Origin: a virus
Virus record (IMG/VR): IMGVR_UViG_3300022868_000017
Direction: 5' to 3' (one strand)
DNA length: 64,000 nt
Shown: positions 8,929 to 19,612 of the stretch, piece after piece
How the letters are laid out: every line of letters begins with the position of its first letter
Position numbering within the stretch: the first letter of the stretch is position 1
Made by a program: the position numbers and the translations under genes
The notes under the pieces: model-generated
Told to the model about the DNA's origin: nothing
What the model saw: only the letters and a program-made list of their open reading frames with translations
The model's database searches: none

Positions 8929-10154
8929 GCTATAGCCATCTCCTCTTTTTTTATTATTTTTTTCAAATGGTCTTTATTAAGTACTAGCTTATCAGCAATT
9001 CTTAAACCTTTAGTCTTAACTAATCTAACTAAAAAAGCACTTTCTTCTTCATTAATATGTCTATTATAAGAACCTAATGCTTCTGAAATAGTTTCATTTT
9101 TCAACTCAACAGTTACCAAACTATCTTCAGGTGTTTTCTTCAATCTTAAAAACATAATATATGTTTGACCTTTGATTATTTTTTTAACATATGAAGATAC
9201 ACAATGATTTAATTCCGTTCCTTCTCTAACAACATCTTTAGAACAATTAGGAATTACTATACAAAATTTACCTTCTTCAAATACCATATCTTTTCTCATC
9301 TTATGTTCAAAAGCAATTTCATCATATTCTGTTTTGTAAGCATTATAATTAGCAGTTAAAATATCATGCATACTTCTCAAATATTTAGGATATTTTTTAA
9401 CTTTTCTACCTATTGTAGCTCCCATTTCATAATAATCTTTTAATAAATTCAAAGCATCACTAAATTCAATATTTTCAAATGGTTTTAAATATCTTACTAT
9501 GTATTCTATTAAACTAATCATATCAAAATTATGTTCATTTATTAAAGATAAGAAATTTGTACTCATACTACTACTATAACTTCTGTAACCAACTAATTCT
9601 CTAAAAGTTTGTTTGATTTCTTCTTCATCTAACTTACTCAATGGTAGTTTATGAATGAATTTGATAATCAAAGATGTATGGGAGAGATAATTTTTTTCAA
9701 TATTTTTAGTTACTTTAATTTCATATCTCTTAAAAAATTTAATTACATTCTTATCATATATTGTTATAGGTTCATGAATACCTCTAACATGATAAGTACC
9801 CCAACTATCTATATCAGCCCAAACATCTATTTCCAAACCTGCATCAATATAACCTTCATATTTCACACATTCTGGTATTCTAGTGATAAAAGAAGAAATA
9901 CTTTTACAATTTGGATTTAATTTTCTAACTAATAAAAATAACTTCCTAAATTTTTCTGTATTAAATATCAAATCATCTATCTCATAATTCATAAAGAAAC
10001 AATATTGATGTTCTACTTTTCTCCAAGATTCAGTTCCTTTTTTTTTCTCCATACACATATCTTTGAGATTAAATCTAACTTGTTCATCAATACCTTCTTT
10101 TCTGAGATAGATAAAATATCTATCCATACTCAGTTTCATCTTAGGAAGTGTCAT
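8925..10154 (-). CDS. hypothetical protein, possibly PcfJ-like
   Basis: C-terminal segment LNHCVSSYVKKIIKGQTYIMFLR recalls the HCVxSY...G...I.SLR signature I remember for PcfJ-family proteins of plasmids and phages. Assignment from memory only. Confidence 0.3.
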   Translation of the reverse strand: MTLPKMKLSMDRYFIYLRKEGIDEQVRFNLKDMCMEKKKGTESWRKVEHQYCFFMNYEIDDLIFNTEKFRKLFLLVRKLNPNCKSISSFITRIPECVKYEGYIDAGLEIDVWADIDSWGTYHVRGIHEPITIYDKNVIKFFKRYEIKVTKNIEKNYLSHTSLIIKFIHKLPLSKLDEEEIKQTFRELVGYRSYSSSMSTNFLSLINEHNFDMISLIEYIVRYLKPFENIEFSDALNLLKDYYEMGATIGRKVKKYPKYLRSMHDILTANYNAYKTEYDEIAFEHKMRKDMVFEEGKFCIVIPNCSKDVVREGTELNHCVSSYVKKIIKGQTYIMFLRLKKTPEDSLVTVELKNETISEALGSYNRHINEEESAFLVRLVKTKGLRIADKLVLNKDHLKKIIKKEEMAIA

Positions 10155-10311
10155 TTTCTTATAAGTTAGCTATATCATCTAATGATACACCTATTTCTTG
10201 AGCTCCAGATGATTTTAGTTCTGCTTTTAACTTATCCAAGTCCATCATATTCAACTTTAAAATTGTCCCTGATGTATGTTTCATTCCAACTAGATTCATT
10301 TTATTTACCTC

Positions 10312-11139
10312 CTATTTTTTAAGTGGTAATTCACCAATTATTAATTGAGGTGATATACCCTTTTCAGTCATGATAATCTTAGCATTATCTTTTAAACTGT
10401 TTTCAGTTACTTCCAACTTTCTCAATAATTGAGATTTTTCCTTAAAAGATTTTTCAATCAAATCAAAAGCTTTAGCTTGTCCTTCTGCTTTAAGAATAGT
10501 TGCTTGTTTATGACCTTCAGCAAGCTTGATATTAGCCATTCTCTGTCCATCAGCCTCGGTTTCCGTTGCTTTAGCAAAATCTTTTGCAGCTATTTTCTTT
10601 CTTTCAGCTACAACAACATTATTCATTGCCTCTTGAACATCTTTAGGAGCTTCAATCTTTTGAATTTCTACTCTTAATACTTTCACTCCATAACTATCTG
10701 TTTCTTTATCTAAAATAGATTCAACTTCTGTATTAATTTTAGTTCTTTCCTCATTGGCTTCAGTAAAGGACATTTGACCAATTACTGCTCTAAGTGTGGT
10801 TCTTGCCAAAGAAGTTAATTGAATTTTATGATTATCAACATTGTATTCTGACTTTTTAGCATCATCAATTTGATAATAAACAACAGCATCAACAATAGCA
10901 TTAAGATTATCTTTTGTAATAACTGTTTGTGGCTCAACATCTACCATTTGTTCAGTAATATTAACTTTTCTCATTGTTTGAACAATTGGAAATAACCATG
11001 TAAAACCTGCTTCTGCTGTTTTAGACCATTTACCTAATGTTTCAACCAAACCTCTATGAGTAGGTCTGATAATTCTTATTCCACTCATTAGAAATATAAA
11101 AATTACTGTACATATTCCAATTATAATTATATCTAACAT
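10312..11139 (-). CDS. SPFH/band-7 (stomatin/prohibitin/HflK-like) membrane protein
   Basis: N-terminal TM helix. SPFH core with YQIDDAKKSEYNV...TLRAVIGQMSFTEANEER...VKVLRVEIQKIEAPKDVQEAM. C-terminal Ala/Glu/Lys coiled coil. Confidence 0.8.
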   Translation of the reverse strand: MLDIIIIGICTVIFIFLMSGIRIIRPTHRGLVETLGKWSKTAEAGFTWLFPIVQTMRKVNITEQMVDVEPQTVITKDNLNAIVDAVVYYQIDDAKKSEYNVDNHKIQLTSLARTTLRAVIGQMSFTEANEERTKINTEVESILDKETDSYGVKVLRVEIQKIEAPKDVQEAMNNVVVAERKKIAAKDFAKATETEADGQRMANIKLAEGHKQATILKAEGQAKAFDLIEKSFKEKSQLLRKLEVTENSLKDNAKIIMTEKGISPQLIIGELPLKK

Positions 11140-11141
11140 TT

Positions 11142-11423
11142 TTATTCCTCCGATTCACTATCTTCGTGATTACCATCTTTATTAATAGGTAATGTATTGA
11201 TTTTCAAATATTCCAATTGAGCTACACTTAAACCTTCAATTTGTTCATGATACATTTCATTAATCATTTCTCCAATTACATTAATTTTTTGTTCAGAATT
11301 CAATCCAGTTGTTAATTCTTTAAAAGACTTTTCACTAGAATCAAAATCTTCTTTTTGATCTTGTTTAATCATTTCTGGAGTTTTAAACTCCTCATCTTTT
11401 TTCTTTTTTCCAAATAATCCCAT
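11142..11423 (-). CDS. small acidic protein
   Basis: ORF track. Immediately downstream of the SPFH gene (2-nt spacing). Confidence 0.4.
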   Translation of the reverse strand: MGLFGKKKKDEEFKTPEMIKQDQKEDFDSSEKSFKELTTGLNSEQKINVIGEMINEMYHEQIEGLSVAQLEYLKINTLPINKDGNHEDSESEE

Positions 11424-11514
11424 TTTTATTTTCCTCTTGTTTGATATTATGTGTCATAATGTCACATAATATGATGACATACTTAAACTTTTATATACTT
11501 GAGTATATACTTCA

Positions 11515-13857
11515 TCATATTAGTGTTGTTTGACCTTGAATTCTTAATGTAGTTTTTAACCGTAATTGTTCTAATTGAGGTAATTCATCTAAAGCTTTAA
11601 ATATACCTTCTACCACTAGAAAAATACTTCTTTCTAATAAAGATAGTTGGTCTATTTTAATTTCCACACCTTCTAAATCTTCATTTTCATGGAAACATAT
11701 AACATCTGTAAAACCATTCTTTACAAACAATTTCAACATCTTATCCCCAACTGGAAAGTGTAATCCTAGATTCTTAGTAGCCCATGCTATCCCTCTCAAC
11801 TTTGGTGAGGTTGATGCATAATCTTTAACAGGTTTTGTTAATTTATCAGGGATACTAATATATTCATAATCAAATTCATTATTCAAACACCTATCTATAT
11901 TTTCTTGAATATATTTAACCATCTTATCATAATTATCTTCTTTTATCAAAATATTAAAACATTCAGTTTGTAATTTTCTAGCAAATTCACTATAATCAGT
12001 TCTAACAGCTGCCACACCTACTAAATCAACATTATCTTGAATCTTTCCTTTTTTCCAAATTATATGACCTGCATATCTCTTCTTAGCCATAACTATTTGT
12101 CTTCTATAAACCTTTTCAAAATCAATATTTTGTATTTGTGGTACACCATATTTATCAGCATATTCATTATAAGCTTTGTGAATTTCTTCTCTTAATCTAT
12201 AAGCTTCTTCTTTGATTTTTTCTAAATCATCTTCAATACCATTTAATTGAACAAATACTGAATCTGTATCTCCTCCAATTAATTCATGACCTGCTTTTTC
12301 AATAATAGATTGATTAATGACAAATAATTCTCTACCAACAAATGTAATTGTATCAGCTATTCTATCATCATACATTCTAAACCCATCATAAGCAGCTGCC
12401 CCATAAGCTGTACAAGCTACACATTTGATTGAATCTAAAAGGGAGGTAGCTCTTTCATATTCTATAGTACCAACAGTAGCTTCATCTCTCATTTTATCAA
12501 ATCTTTTTCTCATATGAGCCAATTGTTCCACTACAATAGGTAATATCCCTTTCTTATCCATTTTAATCTTGATACCATTAATTTCAACAGTACCTTCATC
12601 ACAGATAGTTTCTCTACTAAGATTAAATTGTCTAATTATGGTTGGATATAGAGATGATAAATCTAAAGTAATTATATTCTTGAAAAGACCTGTTCTAGCT
12701 TTAACTGTGGCACCTCCTACCTTTTCTCTATGACCAGTTGGTATAGGTTTAGTTGGCATAACAATATTATGTTCTGTTGTATATCTTAACATTAAGAAAT
12801 CAATTACTCTACTATAAGCAGATACATCTTCATAATTCATCCAACTAATTTCTCTTAATCCATTGATAAAATTCATAATACCTACTGTTTGTTCTAATTC
12901 AACAGTTATATCAACATCAGTTACGTTATAATGAATAAGTTTATTCAAATCTGTATCCCAAGCTTGTTGAGGATTACAACTTTCTTTAGCTTCTCTACCT
13001 AATTCATGTTTACAAATATTTTTTAATGAATAAGATGGTAAATCTCCATGATGTAATTGTCTATACCAAGTTAGAATATCAATTAATTCAACACCAAATA
13101 TGTTAATTCTCAAATCTTTGTAATTATCACCTTTATGTAATACTCTATTCATAGGTGACATTTTTTTATAATTAACACCTAATCTTTTCATTCTACTAAT
13201 TAAATAATTAACATCAAAACCTATGACATTAAAACCAGACCAAATGTCAGCATCTATTTTTCTAACTAACTTTAGAAAGTTGGTGAGTAACTCCTTCTCA
13301 TCACTAAATGTTCTTATTTCTACACCAGGAATATCTTTGATTGGTATATTGGCCACATTGGGATGATAAACCAGACAATACCGTTTATCTAGGTAATTAT
13401 CATGTAATGCTATAGATGTAATATTTTCACTAGCTTTAAATGGGTCTAATGGATTATACATAGTGGTTTCAATATCTAAAGTTAATATTCTAAAATCACC
13501 ATTGAACTTATATCCCTTACCAATTATGTTTTTTTGTTGGTCTAACAAAAACCTATAATAAAATTTGATATCAGCTTCATATGTTTTTTTAAATTGATTT
13601 CTTAAAGAATATGTATGTCTTGGAATACCATAATGAATTTTTCTTACTTCATCACCAAATATAGACATATAATGTTGTTTACCTATACTAACACCTGGTA
13701 TATAATCACTATGATATTCACTATCTGCTTCATTAATATAAAAGTAGGGTTTGAACCATGGTATTCTTTTAACAACTTTGGTTCTACCTTCTCTACCAAA
13801 CATATAAATAACAGGTACATCTAATTCTTCTTTATAATCAATATTATATACATCCAT
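11515..13857 (-). CDS. polB: family B DNA polymerase
   Basis: ExoI LTLDIETT. ExoII NVIGFDVNYL. ExoIII YNVTDVDI. PolA DLSSLYPTI. PolB KCVACTAYGAAAY (KxxxNSxYG-like). PolC GGDTDSVFV. Confidence 0.9.
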   Translation of the reverse strand: MDVYNIDYKEELDVPVIYMFGREGRTKVVKRIPWFKPYFYINEADSEYHSDYIPGVSIGKQHYMSIFGDEVRKIHYGIPRHTYSLRNQFKKTYEADIKFYYRFLLDQQKNIIGKGYKFNGDFRILTLDIETTMYNPLDPFKASENITSIALHDNYLDKRYCLVYHPNVANIPIKDIPGVEIRTFSDEKELLTNFLKLVRKIDADIWSGFNVIGFDVNYLISRMKRLGVNYKKMSPMNRVLHKGDNYKDLRINIFGVELIDILTWYRQLHHGDLPSYSLKNICKHELGREAKESCNPQQAWDTDLNKLIHYNVTDVDITVELEQTVGIMNFINGLREISWMNYEDVSAYSRVIDFLMLRYTTEHNIVMPTKPIPTGHREKVGGATVKARTGLFKNIITLDLSSLYPTIIRQFNLSRETICDEGTVEINGIKIKMDKKGILPIVVEQLAHMRKRFDKMRDEATVGTIEYERATSLLDSIKCVACTAYGAAAYDGFRMYDDRIADTITFVGRELFVINQSIIEKAGHELIGGDTDSVFVQLNGIEDDLEKIKEEAYRLREEIHKAYNEYADKYGVPQIQNIDFEKVYRRQIVMAKKRYAGHIIWKKGKIQDNVDLVGVAAVRTDYSEFARKLQTECFNILIKEDNYDKMVKYIQENIDRCLNNEFDYEYISIPDKLTKPVKDYASTSPKLRGIAWATKNLGLHFPVGDKMLKLFVKNGFTDVICFHENEDLEGVEIKIDQLSLLERSIFLVVEGIFKALDELPQLEQLRLKTTLRIQGQTTLI

Positions 13858-13873
13858 ACATCCTACCTCACTA

Positions 13874-14623
13874 TTAATTAATTATTTGTTTGAAATAATT
13901 TACATTTCTTATAAATAAGTTTTTGTTTTCAATATCATCATCAAAGTACATTTTGATATTAGGTTTATACACATCCATTTCTTTCTCTAAGTCCATGTTT
14001 GCCAAACCTATTCTGGAAAATAATTTTCCATCTGTTGACCTAATTAGTGAAAACTTTGATAAAGTTATTAATTCACCAGTACCATTACTCCCCAATAAGT
14101 GAATAGGTTTATTACTTTTCCTAATCCAACTATTAATAATCAAAGTTCTATTAAAACTCTGATTTTCATATTTCTTATCACAAATTTGGAATGGTATTAA
14201 ATCAAAACTATTTCCAATTATTTTTACTCTAGTATCTTTATTAAACACATCAAAACATTCTTGAATTTCTTCCCAAGTTTCACCTTGTGGTACAGCTTGG
14301 ATTATAATATTATGTTCTTTTAACTTTTCATAAAACATATTCATGAATTCATTAAAGTATCTAAGTGTTCTTTCTTTATCTTTCATAACATCTGGAACAA
14401 CAATTTCATTAACACCCATATTAATAGCTAATTCAACATGGTCTTCCCAATTTATCTCACTTCTTTCATGAACATTATTGTCTAAAATACTATATCTTTC
14501 ACTTTTTGTATAGAAATCTTTATATTGTTTGTTCATTTTTGCTTCTCTAGTTAAGATATAATCATAATCACTTATGTTCATCAAATCTAGATTTTTAAAC
14601 GGTACTATTAATGCTAATTTCAT
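13874..14623 (-). CDS. possible DpdA-like DNA-guanine transglycosylase (TGT superfamily)
   Basis: Weak TGT-like segments AVPQGETWEE (cf. VQGG) and IHLLGSNGTGE (cf. YLMGVGxP). Sits between polB and the que genes, where DpdA sits in known viral 7-deazaguanine clusters. Confidence 0.4.
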   Translation of the reverse strand: MKLALIVPFKNLDLMNISDYDYILTREAKMNKQYKDFYTKSERYSILDNNVHERSEINWEDHVELAINMGVNEIVVPDVMKDKERTLRYFNEFMNMFYEKLKEHNIIIQAVPQGETWEEIQECFDVFNKDTRVKIIGNSFDLIPFQICDKKYENQSFNRTLIINSWIRKSNKPIHLLGSNGTGELITLSKFSLIRSTDGKLFSRIGLANMDLEKEMDVYKPNIKMYFDDDIENKNLFIRNVNYFKQIIN

Positions 14624-15333
14624 TTTATATCACTCTCCACAATTTTTTTATAACCCATATTAATCCTATATTCATTTACCAAACAATCAAATTGATATAC
14701 ATTACTACTTTTTTTATATATTTCTCTTTGAATCTTTGTAGGTATTTTTAATTCTTTTAATCTTTTACAAAAATGTTCACATATTTCTTCCATCATATTA
14801 TAATATTTTAATCTCAAATCACCATCATCATTATTAATAAAGATATCACCTTTAGTAAGTGTAACAATTTTTGAAGACTTTGGGTGAGATATTCTATTAG
14901 AAAAACTACCAATTATTTGAGCAATTTTAGGATGAGCTGGTCTTATCATTTCTCTTTTTCTGTTATTCCCATAACTATGAGATTCACATGTCTTTTTTAA
15001 AAATACATTTACCAAACTATATTTTTCTGATAAAGATTCATTTAAAATATCTTTATTATCAATTGGATATCTGAAATCTGAATCTGATTTTTCTAAATTA
15101 CATTTCTTACATAGAACATAAAAGTTATCAATACTACAACTCCCACCATTAATGAAAGGTTTATAATGGTCAATTTCTAATCTATCTTTTTTATGATATA
15201 CAATCATTTCTTCATCTTTATGTGTTTTACCACAACATTGACAAGTATATTTATCTCTTTCAAGTATTTGTAATCTAAGAGAGATAGATATTTTTTTTCT
15301 TTTACGTTTTGTAATTATCTTATTATCAACCAT
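14620..15333 (-). CDS. HNH endonuclease domain protein
   Basis: CQCCGK...YHKKDRLEIDHYKPFINGGSCSIDNFYVLCKKCN (HNH with CxxC pairs). Confidence 0.6.
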   Translation of the reverse strand: MVDNKIITKRKRKKISISLRLQILERDKYTCQCCGKTHKDEEMIVYHKKDRLEIDHYKPFINGGSCSIDNFYVLCKKCNLEKSDSDFRYPIDNKDILNESLSEKYSLVNVFLKKTCESHSYGNNRKREMIRPAHPKIAQIIGSFSNRISHPKSSKIVTLTKGDIFINNDDGDLRLKYYNMMEEICEHFCKRLKELKIPTKIQREIYKKSSNVYQFDCLVNEYRINMGYKKIVESDIK

Positions 15334-15334
15334 T

Positions 15335-15751
15335 CTACCACCACTCAGATAACAATATACCCAATTTTGTATCTTGTCCTATTTCTTCTTCTCTTAAAAA
15401 TATAGTTCCATTACAATCAATTCTAAGAATAATAGATTCATTAGACCTTATACTAAAACAATTATCAAAACTTTCAGACATATTTCCTGCTAGTTGAAGA
15501 TAAGATAAATCATTATCTTGAATTTGAAAAATATTACTTGTTATTATAGGTGAGTTATTAATGTAATATAACTCAGAATCATTAAATATTAATGAAGTTG
15601 AATTATCATCTACAAATAAATCTTCATCTATGAACCATCTATCTATATCTTCAATTAATTGTTCATTTTCGGAAAGTTTATCATTACAACCTATTAATAA
15701 TAAAGAAAAAATTAAAACCAATCCTATCAACATCTTTTTCATTTTATCCAC
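15335..15751 (-). CDS. putative lipoprotein
   Basis: MDKMKKMLIGLVLIFSLLLIGCND, signal peptide plus LIGC lipobox. Confidence 0.45.
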   Translation of the reverse strand: MDKMKKMLIGLVLIFSLLLIGCNDKLSENEQLIEDIDRWFIDEDLFVDDNSTSLIFNDSELYYINNSPIITSNIFQIQDNDLSYLQLAGNMSESFDNCFSIRSNESIILRIDCNGTIFLREEEIGQDTKLGILLSEWW

Positions 15752-16234
15752 CTATAAATGTCTCGTATGCATAGGATAATTATTAGATATTGAAGATGGT
15801 ACATGAAAACCTTCTTTACAATATTCACTTACAGGACAGATACTAATACCTCCTCTAGGTGTAAAATCTCCTACTACTCTAATCCATTTTGGATTCATTC
15901 TTTCTTTCAAATCTTTCATAATTTGTACTGTACAATCCTCATGAAAATCACCATGATTTCTGAAACTAAACAAATACAATTTTAAAGATTTACTTTCTAC
16001 CATTTGCACATCTGGAATGTATTGGATATGAATAGTAGCTAAATCAGGTTGACCTGTTTTTGGGCATAATGATGTAAATTCTGGACATTTAAAACTTACC
16101 AAATAATCCACATCAGGATGTTTATTCTCAAATGTTTCCAATGTTTCCACATGAGGATGGTCTAACTTATACTCTGTTTTTTCACTCCCCAATGCTTTTA
16201 CACCATCTAACTGTACTTCTGTTCTTTCTTCCAT
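15752..16234 (-). CDS. queF: NADPH-dependent 7-cyano-7-deazaguanine reductase QueF (preQ0 to preQ1)
   Basis: Catalytic Cys region [17 protein letters not shown] and QueF motif [23 protein letters not shown]. Confidence 0.85.
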   Translation of the reverse strand: MEERTEVQLDGVKALGSEKTEYKLDHPHVETLETFENKHPDVDYLVSFKCPEFTSLCPKTGQPDLATIHIQYIPDVQMVESKSLKLYLFSFRNHGDFHEDCTVQIMKDLKERMNPKWIRVVGDFTPRGGISICPVSEYCKEGFHVPSSISNNYPMHTRHL

Positions 16235-16235
16235 C

Positions 16236-16595
16236 TTATCTACCTCCTATAGATAATGATTCATATAATCTAAACATTCTTTTCTTATACCCTACTTCTA
16301 TAGATTTTTCTTTTATAGAACTAGTAAGACCATCAATTTCAGTTATTACATCATTATATTCTTGTTTTAACTTTAATCTTCTATGTGTTTCAGTATCCCT
16401 TTTTTGTTGATTTGAAAATAAAAGTTTACCTACATCACCTGTTTCTCCACTAACAGATACAAATACTTCATCAAACATTTTATGTTTAATTTTAATGTTA
16501 TCTTCTCTTGTTTCAGAATTTTTAAATATATCTTTCTCCAAGTCTCTAATATCTTCTGGTAATTTTTTAAATTCTTCAATATTTTTTTCTTCCAT
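16236..16595 (-). CDS. hypothetical protein
   Basis: ORF track, charged protein, 119 aa. Confidence 0.4.
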   Translation of the reverse strand: MEEKNIEEFKKLPEDIRDLEKDIFKNSETREDNIKIKHKMFDEVFVSVSGETGDVGKLLFSNQQKRDTETHRRLKLKQEYNDVITEIDGLTSSIKEKSIEVGYKKRMFRLYESLSIGGR

Positions 16596-16604
16596 TTTTT
16601 ACCT

Positions 16605-17309
16605 CTAAAGTATTTCCATCAATACTGATTTTGCTTCTTCCCATTCTTCATTAGTTAAAGATGGGTCTTTGACTTCATTCAAAAAGAATGCTTCAGTTCT
16701 TTCTACACAAGTTCCACATTTCAAACAAGGTCTATCTCCACCTTCATAACAACTCCAAGTTCTATCATAAAGTACTTTTAAATCTTTACCTTCTTTAACA
16801 ATATCTTCTTTTTTCATATCATTAAATGGTGATTCAATTTTCACATTGTTATAAGTACCTAAACTAGCTGCCAAACTAATAGCTAATGTAAATTCTCTTC
16901 TACAATCTGGATAAATGTCATGGTCTCCACTATGACTACCTAATAATACTCTATCAGCTTTTATATTTTCAGCATAACCAACAGCTATACTTAACATAAT
17001 TCCATTTCTAAATGGTACTACAGTTGATTTCATATTTTCAGCAGCATAATGACCTTCAGGAATCTTTTCTCCATCTTTTAATAAACTTGATGTGAAACCC
17101 CATTCATTAAGATTTAGATTAATGATTTGATGTTTAACTCCTAATGCTAAACAATGTTCTTTAGCAAAATGAATTTCTTTTTCATTATGTTTACTACCAT
17201 AATTAAAAGTTAATGCTTCAACATCTTGATAATGTTTTTTAGCCCAATACAATAATGTAGTTGAATCTAAGCCACCACTAAATACAACTACAACCTTTTC
17301 TTTTTTCAT
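16605..17309 (-). CDS. queC: 7-cyano-7-deazaguanine synthase QueC
   Basis: PP-loop VVFSGGLDSTT. C-terminal Zn site WSCYEGGDRPCLKCGTCVER. Confidence 0.9.
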   Translation of the reverse strand: MKKEKVVVVFSGGLDSTTLLYWAKKHYQDVEALTFNYGSKHNEKEIHFAKEHCLALGVKHQIINLNLNEWGFTSSLLKDGEKIPEGHYAAENMKSTVVPFRNGIMLSIAVGYAENIKADRVLLGSHSGDHDIYPDCRREFTLAISLAASLGTYNNVKIESPFNDMKKEDIVKEGKDLKVLYDRTWSCYEGGDRPCLKCGTCVERTEAFFLNEVKDPSLTNEEWEEAKSVLMEIL

Positions 17310-17318
17310 TTATTCACC

Positions 17319-17567
17319 TCAATAAGTATCATTTTTTGTATCTTTGAAATTTAACTTAGCCAACATAGCATCATATGGTACATCTCCTACTCTCTTAGTT
17401 AACATCATGTATGCTACATTAATTACATCACACAATTCTTCATTAATGTTTGAATCATCTCTAATAGCCTCTTCTAATTCACCCATTTCTTCTCTCATAG
17501 ATGCACAAAGGTTATCCATAGTACATTGTTGACCAATGCTTTCAACTTTTTTATACCAATCTTTCAT
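17319..17567 (-). CDS. small MazG/HisE-like nucleotide pyrophosphohydrolase (tentative)
   Basis: EEMGELEEAIRDD ... EELCDV acidic metal-binding helices resembling the MazG EExxE...D motif. 82 aa. Confidence 0.3.
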   Translation of the reverse strand: MKDWYKKVESIGQQCTMDNLCASMREEMGELEEAIRDDSNINEELCDVINVAYMMLTKRVGDVPYDAMLAKLNFKDTKNDTY

Positions 17568-17613
17568 TTTTTATCCTCCACAGAACTTAATTCTGCTTTT
17601 TCAATACATCTAT

Positions 17614-17793
17614 TTATTTCCTCTCTTTCATATAATGTGGACATCTGTAACAATCTGGTCCAGGTTTTTCTGGTGTAGATTCTATACACTCTTTATCAGG
17701 AAAAAACCCTATACAATCAGGGAATTTAACTTTTCTTCTTTCTCTTTCAGTTTTTGTCAACTTTAGATTTGGACATACTTGTAATCCTCCCAT
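17614..17793 (-). CDS. small Cys-rich protein (59 aa)
   Basis: Hand translation MGGLQVCPNLKLTKTERERRKVKFPDCIGFFPDKECIESTPEKPGPDCYRCPHYMKERK. Not in the ORF track. Confidence 0.25.
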   Translation of the reverse strand: MGGLQVCPNLKLTKTERERRKVKFPDCIGFFPDKECIESTPEKPGPDCYRCPHYMKERK

Positions 17794-17818
17794 TATCTGC
17801 CACCTCTAATTGTTAATT

Positions 17819-18406
17819 TCATTTTAGATTTAATAAGCCTAAAAACTCATCCTTTATTCCATCTTGATTAGTTTGGAATATCCCTTTAACACAACAGCTT
17901 TTCATGTTACCTTTCTTTTTAGCTCCTCTCATGGTTTTACACAAATGTTCTCCTTCCATGATTAATATCATTCCCAAAGGTTCATTTCCTTCTTTACTTA
18001 ATTCAGTCCATAAATGAGTAACTACATCTTGAACCAATCTTTCTTGAATTTGAAGTCTGGCTGAAAAGTAATCTACTACTCTAGCTACTTTACTTAATCC
18101 TAAAATCTTACCTTTTGGATTGGGTATATAACCAAAATAATATTTTCCAAAAAATGGAATTACATGATGTTCACATAATGATTGAAATGGACCTTCATCT
18201 GTTACTAATTGGTCATATACTAAACCATCTGCACCATTAGTAAATGTAGTAACTTTCGGTAATTGAGTTTTATCATATCCTCTGAATAACTCTTTATACA
18301 TTTTAGCTACTCTCTTTGGTGTATCCAAAAGACCTTCTCTTTCTGGATTATCTCCCACTTCTGCCAAAATCACTTTCCACATTAATTTAATTTTTTCTTC
18401 ATCCAT
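17819..18406 (-). CDS. folE: GTP cyclohydrolase I FolE
   Basis: LLDTPKRVAKMY, CEHHVIPFFGKYYFGYIP, LGLSKVARVVDYFSARLQIQERL. Confidence 0.85.
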   Translation of the reverse strand: MDEEKIKLMWKVILAEVGDNPEREGLLDTPKRVAKMYKELFRGYDKTQLPKVTTFTNGADGLVYDQLVTDEGPFQSLCEHHVIPFFGKYYFGYIPNPKGKILGLSKVARVVDYFSARLQIQERLVQDVVTHLWTELSKEGNEPLGMILIMEGEHLCKTMRGAKKKGNMKSCCVKGIFQTNQDGIKDEFLGLLNLK

Positions 18407-18415
18407 TTTATTACC

Positions 18416-18688
18416 TCATTTTAAAAAAATATCCCATCTTTTATATTTTTTAACTCCTTCAATATCATTTTCAATCCAACCTACTCTCATATCCATCATT
18501 TCACTCATTATGAATAAACCAAACCAAGTAATAGTTATCTTATATTCAGGAATAAAAGAACCTGTTGCTATGATTTTAACCAATATGAAGAATATAAAAG
18601 TTATAGCAAAAGATATTATCACATTTGTTAATACTCTAATCATTTTACCTTGAGTTTTATTCATTTCATACACCTCTCTTATCATCAA
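18416..18688 (-). CDS. small membrane protein
   Basis: Two hydrophobic helices VLTNVIISFAITFIFFILVKII and ITWFGLFIM. Confidence 0.4.
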   Translation of the reverse strand: MMIREVYEMNKTQGKMIRVLTNVIISFAITFIFFILVKIIATGSFIPEYKITITWFGLFIMSEMMDMRVGWIENDIEGVKKYKRWDIFLK

Positions 18689-19349
18689 AACCTAAAATAT
18701 GGTCCCTATTGGTAAAACCATATCCATATTCTAAACACCAATCCATAACCTTTGGAATGTTCTTTAAAACTATTTCTCTTTTATCACCTTGTGGCATCAA
18801 GATTATATCTCTATTTTTAAGAATTTCCTTGAGTTCTTCAATCTCTTCTATATCTTTAAGAGTATCAGCTACAAACTTAAAAGTAGTTTTTTGTTTTGGA
18901 AATGATTTCAAAACCTTTATATTTATTCTTTTATCTTCATAAGCTTCAGGTTGATTACTGCATGTCAACTTTGGACTCACATTGAATAAATCTACTTGAG
19001 ATTGTAATCTTCTTTTTGGTTTAATAGTTCCATTAGTTTCTATTTGAACATATCTATTCAAAGGTAACTTTTTGAGTATTCTGATTATCTGGTCTTGGTA
19101 CATCAAAGGTTCTCCACCAGTAAATACCACATGTTTATGGTCGTAAGATAAAATCCTATGCAACACCTCATTAAGTGATAACTGGTTAGGTTTACCACTA
19201 ATTACTGCATAGGGAGTATCACAACTAGACCCATTAAATCTACATCTCAAGTTACATCCCCAAACTCTAACAAATACAGCTGGATATCTCATCTGACCTT
19301 CAGCCTGTACTGCTGGATATATCTCACAAATGGGTATTGTATCACTCAT
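18666..19349 (-). CDS. queE: 7-carboxy-7-deazaguanine synthase QueE (radical SAM)
   Basis: N-terminus EIYPAVQAEGQMRYPAVFVRVWGCNLRCRFNGSSCDT parallels B. subtilis QueE [35 protein letters not shown]. Plus FTGGEPLMY. Cys spacing is C-x3-C-x6-C rather than C-x3-C-x2-C. Confidence 0.8.
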   Translation of the reverse strand: MSDTIPICEIYPAVQAEGQMRYPAVFVRVWGCNLRCRFNGSSCDTPYAVISGKPNQLSLNEVLHRILSYDHKHVVFTGGEPLMYQDQIIRILKKLPLNRYVQIETNGTIKPKRRLQSQVDLFNVSPKLTCSNQPEAYEDKRINIKVLKSFPKQKTTFKFVADTLKDIEEIEELKEILKNRDIILMPQGDKREIVLKNIPKVMDWCLEYGYGFTNRDHILGFDDKRGV

Positions 19350-19612
19350 TTTATCAACGTCCCTAATGTTTTAACTCTATAAGCTAATAAAAAGGCATGA
19401 TTAGCTACATCATATAGTTCTTCAACTAATTCTTCAACTGCTGTATCTTTGTTAGTTGTAATAGTAAAATCACCATATTTTTCAAAACCCTTTTCCAACC
19501 TATCTTTCATCTGAGTTAAAAAATGTTCAAAATACTCAAATTGATCTTTCTTACTTTCTTCACTACTTTTTGCAAATCTTCCTTCTTTTATTTTGTCTAA
19601 TTCGTTTGTCAT
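19346..19612 (-). CDS. hypothetical protein
   Basis: ORF track, 4-nt overlap with queE. Confidence 0.4.
   Translation of the reverse strand: MTNELDKIKEGRFAKSSEESKKDQFEYFEHFLTQMKDRLEKGFEKYGDFTITTNKDTAVEELVEELYDVANHAFLLAYRVKTLGTLIK

Noticed and set aside
9651-9920. Plus-strand ORFs inside minus-strand genes (9651..9920, 10429..10677, 13615..13824, 15803..15985, 16132..16410, 17344..17766, 18709..18942, 19570..19767, 21390..21776, 23483..23692, 24998..25186, 25836..26018)
   Set aside because: They are antisense shadows of longer motif-bearing genes (polB, QueF, FolE and others), with no RBS and low-complexity translations.
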